A stretch of 64,000 nt of DNA from Chrysomallon squamiferum (lineage: Eukaryota > Animalia > Mollusca), in NCBI GenBank assembly GCA_012295275.1, contig CM022673.1:13268001-13332000 (forward strand), read 5' to 3'. Each line of letters opens with the position of its first letter. Positions within the stretch are counted from its first letter, which is position 1. A model generated the notes under the pieces. The model saw only the letters and a list, made by a program, of their open reading frames with translations. It did not search any database and had not been told where the DNA came from. Made by a program: the position numbers and the translations under genes. This document shows, in pieces, positions 54,178 to 64,000 of the stretch.

Positions 54178-54382
54178 TAAAATGTTGACGATACTACGAA
54201 TTCATTACCGTTTTTGTTTCCGTTTTAATTTTTTGTTATCATTTCTTCTTTCACATTTTCTGCGTCATATCTTTTTTCTTTGTGTCTGCGTCTTATTCTT
54301 TTGCTTGAATCAGTATTTTATTATTTATTAACTTAAATGCCAACAACAAAACAACAATCATAATATATCAATGTCATATTTT
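53362..54382. repeat. Tandem duplication, about 530-bp unit, two copies
   Basis: Each copy starts with a (CT)n tract, contains AAATGACCTAATGTCATTGTTAT...GATCCTGGACATAGTCATC and an (AAT)n tract, and ends TCAATGTCATATTTT. Confidence 0.92.
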
Positions 54383-56278
54383 TTTTTTTTTTTTATTTTT
54401 ATCTGAATTGAAACATTTTAGGTGAAAATAACATATATCTGTTACTTGCCATTATCATTCATTTAGCATAACTGCTTTAACGAAACAACGTAATTTTGTC
54501 TTGTTGAGTTCAAGGCCGTTGTTCCAACATTAGATCCTACATTCTGTCTGAAATCAGACACTGACAACACCGGTACAGAATAATGATAATAAATTATTAA
54601 TAATAATAATAAGAAGAAAGAAAGAAAGAAAATCGTTTTTATATATTTTTTAAAACTCTGCTGGTCTTAAAAATATTCTTGTGAGGCTACCGGACTTCTC
54701 GGAAGATGACAGTGCTTTCGCAGTTTATCTAAAAAGCATAATCCAGACAGAATGTGGAAAGAAATAAATGGACCTTTAGTACGTGCATGTGTCTATATCC
54801 ACATTAAGTTTTCTAAAAATCTAGTTCTGATCTGGACAGAATTAAAAATCGACCAAAAAAAAAAAAAAAGACATACGACGAAATTCGACTGCCCTCTTTT
54901 CAGATACATTATTGTGATGTCGGTAAATCTGCGTGCGTGAATTTTCCGAGCGCGAACGTGCTTGTGGGTAAATGTATCGAGTGTCAGTGTGAAAAGGCGC
55001 GGAAGGTTACCTTTGTCGGTTACGTCTGCCGGATAAACAAGCTGTTTGTTAGATTCACTGACCCAACGATAACGTGCTGGAATTTACCACATAAAGTTTT
55101 TACAGTTTTACAACATGCAGACGAGCAAGAGAAATACACGTTGCTGACATTTCGTTTGGAATTAGGAAAAATAAAATAAACATTAATTTGCAAGCAGTGT
55201 TTTGAGAGAGAGAGAAATAGAGAAAACAACAACAGCTATAATAATAATAATAAAAAATGATAATAAATTAAGATATTTAATTTTTATTTGATGACAGTCA
55301 TGTCCAATAATAGTTTCTCGTTAAGAAATATGATAATTAAGTTCGTATATTAGAACAAACAGAAATTCACTCTATAGTTCTGGTATGGGTAAACGCTTTA
55401 AAAAGGTCCCCAAAAAGTAGGAAAGAAAAGATAACGATAACAAAAATCAACTCAGATCTCATGATTATAATGATGATGATGACGATGATTATTATTATTA
55501 TTATTATTATTATTATTTTGTTCTGTTTTTCTTTTGTTTTTTTTTTTTTTTTTTTTTTTTTAGACTTGCTCCTTTGAAAAATGTATTAATGTAAACTGAT
55601 ATATGTGTAGGACGCAAAATACGATGTTTTTGATAACATAATTGATAACCCACTTTAGAAGTACACCAGTCTCGTATTGTGTTAAGAGAGTATCGAATGA
55701 AGAAATGAATATAATTATGTATAACGATACCTCATTCATCTTAATTACTGACAGTTATTAGATGAAAAACATATGGGAAAATGTTTTTTTTTCGTTTTTG
55801 TTTGTTTAATTTTTTTATATTTTTTAAATGAAAGAATGAATGAATGAATATCGCTAAAAGACTCTTAAAAATGTTTCTCTTGAATTCCTGCTGTACTTTA
55901 TAATAATAAAGTATAGAGTTTCAACAGCAAAGGCACCCTTGCAATCCGTAACGTCATAAGATTCACTTTTGTAATATAATCTGATTAACAAACTACGATA
56001 TAGTAATTCATCTACAGCATTAATTTAGGATTGTAAAATAAGAGGGTTATAAAATGGTATAGTATATAACCTTGAAAACTAATATCCTAACATGGTTGCA
56101 CAAACGACAGTCTCATCACAGTAATATTCTTGAAAAAAATATAGTAATGGTGGTTGTAGTAATAATAGTATTCGCAGCTGTGGTATCAGCTGTCGTAATG
56201 ACGGTTATTTCAGTTCTGCAGTGCACTTTACTTGTTGCTTTAGAAGAGAGAGAAAAATGATTTATTTATTATTGTTTA

Positions 56279-56338
<60 letters not shown>

Positions 56339-58430
56339 GTTGTAGTTGGTGCTGTAGTGATATTCAGAAACACTGTGAGATTGGCCTTAAAAAAAAAACA
56401 GAATGAAGAACTTAGGTTTTTATTGTTTACATCGTATTTTATTCGCAGTGAAAATCTCTTGTTTACGTTTCAACGCACTGCTCCGACAATCAATAAAAAA
56501 TGTAGTAATTTTACGTAGGACCCAAAGAGTCCGTTAACAAGGCTAGTAAGTGACCGAGAATCTGACCAATCAACGCGAAGCTCTCTAACTCGTTTACCAC
56601 GAAGAGTGCAAATGGGCCAAAAAAAACTACAATATGTGCTATTTACTACCCCCGTAAATGACTAAGTCATAATTAGGCCCAAGTTCGTGCTTTTGTCAGG
56701 GTGACTGATGACGGAAGATGCACATTAGTAAAATAGGTTTTTTTTGTTGTTGTTTTTTTTTTCTTTTACGGCTTAACAAAGATTATTGCCTAGACATTCG
56801 CCGTCGAGCATAAAGCGCAGGGGATTGTATCGCTGAAAGTAATTTCGACTCGGGATTAACTGAAACTTAAACCATTTTCTCGCGGTTATTTAATAATGCG
56901 ATACACTGTACAGAGTAAACAATGGATTATAAATATATTTATAAAACTGTGCATTGCATTATACATGTATATATAACAAGGAATTAACACAAAACAAACA
57001 GGATCAAGTTATAATAAAAAAATAATAATATTTTTGTCAGATCCGTAAATCGTGGGAGTTTACGGTTTCGGTGCAGATAAAAATTCCAAAATCTTTTCTT
57101 TCTTTCCTTCTTTTTTCTTTTTTCCTTTTCTTTATTATTTCTTTATTTATTTTATTATTTATTTACGTACTTATTTATTTATTTATTATTATTTGTTGTT
57201 TTTGTTGTTACGGACTTTAATCATTATTAGACAAATTTTATGTTTCTGTTTTAATGTTTATTTTATTTTAAAACATTTTTGAAGAAAGGCATTAAAAACT
57301 AAAAAAAAAAAAAAAAAAAAAAAAAAAACACTCGTTAATCTGGAGATAATCATTTCTCACGCTGTCAAAATGCAGTGAACTATTTTACAGACCAAAGGTG
57401 AAATAAATAATTATTATTTAACACTCACCTAAATTACAGGTAACAGCTAGAGCAGACAAGTGCAACTTATTGTATAATTTTAATACAATATTATAGTTAC
57501 ATACGATTGGGCAAAGTTAAATGGAATACAATATAATACACGATATTTAACTGAACAATTGTATTCTTGAGTGAAACGGACGTGACATTTAAATAGACCT
57601 AGTGAAATGGAAAAATTAGGGCTTCACGTTAAGAGTACTTGATCGACTTAGCGAAATAAACTGAATTGCTCCACCTTTTTTTTTCTTTCTTTTTCTTCTC
57701 CATTTTCTTCTTTTTATTATATTTTATGCGCATTTACAAAACCGGACTGTATGAGAATCTCACGCAGATAAGGTAACATTCTCAAAAAGACAAATGAAAA
57801 ACTCGGTTGTAAAATTTATATTGATCTTTGCTTATGTCATCTTCGCTGATCGCTTCTTTCGGATTGTTTTCGCCACAAATCGGGAGATCGGAGTCACGTT
57901 CCGGGAAAAGAAGTCGGCTAATGTATGCTGAATAATCAGTTATCAAGATAACTGAAAACGTAAACAAGTTGAATGAAGAACATATGTATATATAATAATA
58001 AAGATGCTCAAACAGATAAACAGTTCGTGCAAACAAAGATATATTTCGTCATGCATCACCAGTGTTATTAATTACTATCGATATAATTTAACGTAAACAG
58101 CACTATTACAATAATATGGCACAAGGCCTATTATGCTTGGATAGGTAACCTCTTTCAACATAGCCGCCCGCAGCTGTGATGAATGAGAAATAAAAATGTC
58201 ACACTAGCCATAAATTGATAAATTTGATAAACAGAAAAATAAAAATGAAAATCTGACTAAGGCCGCGGAATGTCAGCTGTTAACTTTGCATCACTGAATA
58301 AGAATGAAATAAGAAATAAAAAATAATATAATATATATATGCTAAAAACAGCTTCAAAATCAAATTTTCTGTTGTTGGTCATAATAAATCTTTTAATCAT
58401 TATTAATGTTTATATATATACATTTTAGAT

Positions 58431-58615
58431 CATAGAAAAATGTGTAGATAGGTTTGGGACCCATCATAGTGAATATAGATTCCTTTTGTACTGTCTTTGG
58501 TTAATGAAAATATGGTAAACCTAGATATTATTGAATCAAAATTTTTAAAGGGGGTCATCAGTCATATTGAGTTGCTCATAAGGGGTTGCCATATGAAAAA
58601 GATTGAAAACCAGTG
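58431..58615. mobile_element. Possible decayed hAT/Charlie-like MITE
   Basis: Right end GGGGTTGCC...AAAAAGATTGAAAACCAGTG resembles Charlie-type termini. The identical 8-mer TTTTAGAT flanks both sides (58423-58430, 58616-58623). The left inverted repeat is poor. Confidence 0.3.
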
Positions 58616-59372
58616 TTTTAGATTATTATTATTACATAATCATATATACCCTAAGCAAGTTTCAGCAACAGAACAGATGTAGCATTTTAAAAATAATTAT
58701 TTATTTTTTTCCTGGAAGGATAAACTGATGAACTCTTTTATCTTTTTCTGTTTATTGTAAATCAAATTTCCAGACTATGTACTTTTCCTTCATTATAATA
58801 GGAAAATTCAGATGGTTACTTCAGGTGACTAAATAAGAACAGATTTTTGACATTCAGTAATTTGTCAGATAATCAGTTGTTGAACAAAAATAAATAAATA
58901 ATGAAATAATTAAAGAGTTACTGTATTTCAAACAAAAAATATGTGACACCTATACCCTTAAACATGATTCAACTAAAATCAATGTAAAAATATGTAGAGT
59001 CCATCTTTCATCATCAGCATTTTTATTGTTACAAAATTAATATCAGTACGAGTCTACCTTTTTTGAGGTGTCTGAATAGATGAAAATGACAAAAAAATTA
59101 ATAAACAAGAAAAATATTCACAATTAATGTAGGCAATTTATTTCACATTGTAAATAATTTTGTACAAAACAAGACAACACAATTACAGCAACTGATAACT
59201 GCCTAAAATTTAACATTTTGAAATGCTAAAATAAGACAAATATGTTCAATCAACATTGTAATAAAACCAACATTCATTCATTAACCAATATAATAAAATA
59301 ACATGTAACCCTACATCCATTCATCTGAAAATACAGTTGCCCTATTAAATTCACATTTATTTCTACAAAATG

Positions 59373-59417
<45 letters not shown>

Positions 59418-60507
59418 TCCAGAAAAGGGAAATTATTTTGTTAAACCAAAACAATTTATAAAATCAAAAATAAATAAAAGATTGTGGTTCTTGCAAGTTT
59501 TAGTTAAAATGTAAAATACAATTTCTGGCATTTTTTATGAAATCAAGATTTTAAATTGCTTTTGGAAAAATGTGAAATTAAACAAGTTCAGAACAATCAC
59601 TTAAAATATATTTTCCCAAATCTAAAAATAAAAAATAAAAATAAGGACAATAAATTACTGCAAACTACAGCTGAAATAACTTTCTTTGGAAATATTAACA
59701 ATTTTTTTAAAGTATGTTAAAAAAGTAATAAAATGCCACATACTAGTTCAAACAAGCCATACATGTTTTCTCTCAGTATTATTTATATGCCATTAAAATC
59801 CAGAAAGTTGACAGCAGATGCAACATTAATCAGCCAGTCTCTGTCATCCATCCAGAATCACCAATACATACAGTTATATGTACATCACAGATTTCTTTTA
59901 TTTTTAAAATGTTTTGTCAGGAACAAAAGTACTTCTGTTCTTTCCTATCTTTTAGCACAACAGCACTTTTTACCATCAATGATATAATTACTTTTTTTTT
60001 TGTATATTTATATATATATATTTTTTTATAATCATAGCACAAATTACATCCTCCTCATAACAGCACTTGCTTTGTTGTTAACTTATCAACAAGATAAATG
60101 TTAAATTTAAAATTCTCTGGAAGAACCAAAAAAAAAAAAAAAAAAACAAACAAATAAAAACTTTGACAACTACAAAAAATGCTGATGGAAAAATCTGGTG
60201 TATTGTGGTCAGTGTCTGTCCAAGAGATTTAACAAAGTTATTAAAGTAAAATATTGAACTGTCATCTGAACCTCAATGAAACCAGATGGTATATGGCTGA
60301 ATCTTTTCTTAGTACATTTTAAATGTCTATCTCTTTCTTCACCATCATCAGTCTTCTCCGGGGCAGCAACAAATTATCCACAACTTCTGTTTTAATTCAT
60401 TTTAGTTGCTGGCATTGTAAAACATTTTTATTTCGACACTGCAGAATAGCTTGAGACAGCTCATTCTTTCTAAACCTAGATCCTGACACAGTCTATGACA
60501 AAGACAA

Positions 60508-60654
60508 TCAGTGTGTTGCATTGTCTGTTGTTGTGGTGGTATTGTTATTGCCAAACCTGAAAATAGCTCGGCCTGTGATTCTACAGTCACACAAGTCTTT
60601 GAAAACCTGATTTGCATCCTCCACAGGGTAAACTGCATATTGTGGTACTTCCAG
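60508..60654 (-). CDS. MDR/ADH-like, last coding exon
   Basis: tttcag|LEVPQYAVYPVEDANQVFKDLCDCRITGRAIFRFGNNNTTTTTDNATH*; 147 nt. Confidence 0.9.
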   Translation of the reverse strand: MEVPQYAVYPVEDANQVFKDLCDCRITGRAIFRFGNNNTTTTTDNATH

Positions 60655-61566
60655 CTGAAAGCAGAAAAATGATAATTATGTTAACTTAATGATTCGAGTT
60701 ATAAATTTAAAAATACTAATCTGAAAATACTGAAATACATTGCAAGTGACGCTATCATTCTAGCTAGAAATCGAATTTGAAAAATAATTTTAACCTACTT
60801 TAATTTCTGAGTACAATTGAAACTGAAACACAGCTATGACCTAACAAATAATTTCCAAGTCTTGTGAAACTGTCAAGTAACCTTAATAAACATGAAAGGT
60901 TTTCAACTCTGTCAGTTTGATTTCTTCTGTTTTGCAACCTTTTAATTTTAAATAAATACACTGCAAATAAATGCCACTACCATTAATAACAAGATCCATA
61001 AAAAAAAAAAAAAAAAAATTCATTATTTAAATTTTTGTTTTTGACACTTGTGAACTTTACAATATGTCACACAGTACACCAAACCAGCATTTGACAACAA
61101 CACACAAATTCACACAGAAAAGGTGACCTCACCTTTTGTTCAGACACAAGGGTGACTAGATCTCTCAGCTGATTCAAGTTGCCCTTTGGGATTCCCACAA
61201 TACTCTGCTGTTTGGCAGCCAGAGCATTCAGACTGATGCTGACTTCTGACATGCTGTTTCCACCAACAAGAATCAAACCTTCCTGCAAAAATAAAAAATA
61301 AAAAATAATTTTAAACTGCACTCACACAACATAAAAGAACAACAATTTGAAATATATCAGAAAATGTATTTTAAGACAAGCTTTCTCCCTCTTCTTTGCT
61401 GATATTCAGCCATTTAATTTTCTATTTATTTTATTATTATTATTTTTTTAATAATTAATAACATTAATAACTATATTCAAAAAAATAATAACATTTCAAA
61501 ATAAATAATAAAATAAAAGGTTTGAAGGTTCTTTCAAATTAGGTATATTAATAATTATTACTTGGT

Positions 61567-61597
<31 letters not shown>

Positions 61598-62093
61598 GGT
61601 TCAATGACAAAACAAAACTTACTCTATTGAGAACTTTGAGAGATCTCTGCATTGTTCTTGGTGAGCTGACAAAGTCAATGACAACATCCACACCACCACG
61701 ACATGCATCCAATGTTCTTTCTGTTATGTACTCTTCATGATCCTCTTCATTCCAGTGGATGATGTCATAGCAGTTGTGTTCCTGGGCAGTGAGCAGTTTG
61801 TCAATGCTGTTGTCAGCCACAAACACTTTTATCTCCGAGCAGTTGCCACCGATCAGGTAGTTGGCTATTTTCAGTGTCCACAGACCAAGTCCCCCAGCAC
61901 CAACAATCAAAACATTAACACACGCTGAAATAAGAAAAACATACCAATAACAATGCTGAGGACAAGACTTTTTATTATTAACATTAATTCTTAAAATATT
62001 TACAATGCTCGTTTTGAAATGTTGTATAGCTTTCTAGTTAATGTTTTCTCAAGTTTTAGCAAAATAAAAAATAATTATTATTATAAACAATCC

Positions 62094-62124
<31 letters not shown>

Positions 62125-63803
62125 CATTTCTAGGACAAAAATAAACATCAGATTTATGACAAGCTTATTTTCTAAAAATCCACTTTAACAATTACCTTTG
62201 ACTTCTTTCAGTTTTTCTACGTGTGGTTTGGCCTTGAGAACTGCACTGTATGCTGTGAGAGCGCCACCTGGCAACATGGCTGCAATGTCCAGTGGCAGGT
62301 TGCGTGGAATCTGCAGCACCTGGCTGGTGTCGCTAATAGCAATGTATTCTTTGTATCCACTTTCTGAAAGTTTTTCGTCAGGAAATATTACAACTTTGTC
62401 ACCAGGTGTGTAGTTGCTATTTGGAAGTGTGTTACACACATCTTCAATAATACCAGCTATTTCAAACCCTGAAACAAACAAAAAAAAGATATATATATAT
62501 ATAATGAAAAGTTAAGTAATGAAAAAGATGTAAATGAAAATTTATCTTGTAAACACAGTCAAATGGAGATTGCCTAAAACATAGCAGTGAAAGTGAGAAA
62601 TAAAATATTTTATCTTTTAAACATTTGTCCTTTATTCATTATCCAATGTTATGGATAATACTGTGATTTTTTTCATTTTTTTTTTTTTTTAGAACTGCAT
62701 TTTAGGGATCATAAAGCTGAATATATACCCAGTGGTATGATAATTTGGAAGTTGGCAAAGACAGATTCCTCAAAGAAAATGAGCAGACAATACAAATAAC
62801 TAATTACAGAGCTGTGGTTGCATATCACCAAAAAACCGACAGCTCTGTGCTGAAGGGATTTAAAAAAGAATGATAATACCAGAAAGAAGACTGCACAATG
62901 TTGTCATAGGTTTATTCGGTGATAAAACTATGTACACACTACACACAACCAATGTGCAACACCGTTAACCATCAGTAATGTAAATAATAGCAGGTAATGT
63001 TAAAAATCCTGCCGTTTTTGATACAGGTATTACATTCACAGTGGCTGCTATTTTTTTTTTTTTTTTTTTTTCCTTTGATGTTCATGCAAAATACACCACA
63101 GAAACTTTTACTGAATCTTCTTGATATTTTAGATATTATAGTGCAAAAAAATAAACATATAAATAAAATAATTTTTTTTTTAGAATTTTTTTTTAGAATT
63201 TTTTTATTTTTATATATATTCCAACTTTTAATTTTTTGAAAACAGCAGGTATTTATAAAAAAGATGCAATGCTAGGATTACTATTATTTATTCACAGGAT
63301 GGTGTAATGATGTGCACACCTGGATAGAGTGAAGTGTCTCTTATACCTGGAAATCTAGGGCGGATACCCCGTCTTCTATACTGGTGCTCGTTATAGCAAG
63401 CTCCAGCAAAACACACCTGTGGAGAAAAACAAAAAAATAAATGTATATTTACTATTAAAATTTACATTTTTAGTCTATTCAATTTGTTCCTAATTTTTTA
63501 TATACCTTTTAAAGTAAACAAATTTTTTTTTTTTTAAATAAAAATATATAAATAATTAATAATAATAATATTACAAAAAATGAAAAAAAAAAAAAAAAAT
63601 AATAATAATAAAAAAACATTGATGGAGAAAGAAAATAAAAATTAAAACACAAACTGAAAGATTAAAAAACTTACCTTAACTAGTAAACCGCCTTTTGGAG
63701 TATCTGGCATTGCCAGTGATGAACTAACTTCAGCAAATGGCATCGCTGCAGTTCCACTTTTCAAACATTGGACATCACCTTGATACATTTCGTTGTCTAA
63801 CAT
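60508..63803 (-). CDS. Medium-chain dehydrogenase/reductase (alcohol dehydrogenase-like), whole gene span; 6 coding exons, about 365 aa
   Basis: Exons join in frame at GT-AG sites. GroES-like N domain (LLVKVCFAGAC, PGFEIAG, PGDKV), Rossmann VLIVGAGGLG, GGVDVVIDFV, C-terminal GRAIF. The ATG at 63803 lies 7 nt inside an exon whose acceptor is at 63812-63811, so the promoter, and possibly more coding sequence, is further right. Confidence 0.92.
61133..61282 (-). CDS. MDR/ADH-like coding exon 5
   Basis: tgcag|EGLILVGGNSMSEV...LRDLVTLVSEQK|gtgagg; 150 nt. Confidence 0.92.
61623..61924 (-). CDS. MDR/ADH-like coding exon 4 (Rossmann fold)
   Basis: tttcag|CVNVLIVGAGGLGLW...SLKVLNR|gtaagt; 302 nt. 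Confidence 0.94.
62196..62468 (-). CDS. MDR/ADH-like coding exon 3
   Basis: tttcag|GFEIAGIIEDV...AAMLPGGALTAYSAV...KEVK|gtaatt; 273 nt. Confidence 0.93.
63320..63416 (-). CDS. MDR/ADH-like coding exon 2
   Basis: cacag|VCFAGACYNEHQYRRRGIRPRFPGIRDTSLYP|gtgtgc; 97 nt; an alternative in-frame donor ends the exon at 63347. Confidence 0.82.
63675..63803 (-). CDS. MDR/ADH-like coding exon 1 in window
   Basis: CAAAATG MLDNEMYQGDVQCLKSG...MPDTPKGGLLVK|gtaagt; exon acceptor tacag ends at 63811. Confidence 0.85.
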
Positions 63804-64000
63804 TTTGAATCTGTAATGAAATACAAAAAAAATTAAATGATATATTATTATATACTGTAGTTAAAATCCCACTTCATGCTACATATTTTGTTTATTATTA
63901 TTATTTTTGTATTTAACAAAAGATAAATATTCTAGCAATATGCTGCTGAAACTTGTATTACGGAAGAGATGTTTACACTAGAATTTGGCTACTTTACAAA

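Noticed and set aside
60402-60638. 78-aa minus-strand ORF, and TGA readthrough or selenocysteine at the MDR stop
   Set aside because: The ORF is an alternative frame of the last MDR exon. The true TGA is followed by TAG after four codons and no SECIS-like element was recognised.

Overview
AT-rich, microsatellite-dense animal genomic DNA with spliceosomal GT-AG introns. It is probably from an invertebrate (a lophotrochozoan or mollusc is an inference only). Most of the supplied ORF track is low-complexity artefact, so genes were rebuilt by hand from splice sites and reading frame. (1) Minus strand: first coding exon of an ephrin (15194-15076; signal peptide plus IYWNATNP); its first intron appears to run off the left end of the window. 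(2) Minus strand: tRNA-Arg(ACG) at 23201-23273. (3) Plus strand: a complete prolyl 3-hydroxylase/leprecan gene (25671-43644, about 880 aa, ending SDEL). It has two tandem 2OG-Fe(II) dioxygenase domains, the first lacking the HxD iron motif. It also has a pair of duplicated, probably mutually exclusive exons in the active domain, and a minisatellite that multiplies one 3' splice site into four decoys. (4) Minus strand: a six-exon medium-chain dehydrogenase/reductase (63803-60508, about 365 aa) that has lost most zinc ligands. Also present: a hAT-type MITE, minisatellites, local duplications, a blocky CpG pattern consistent with mosaic gene-body methylation, and a speculative small minus-strand transcript near 47.5-49.6 kb.
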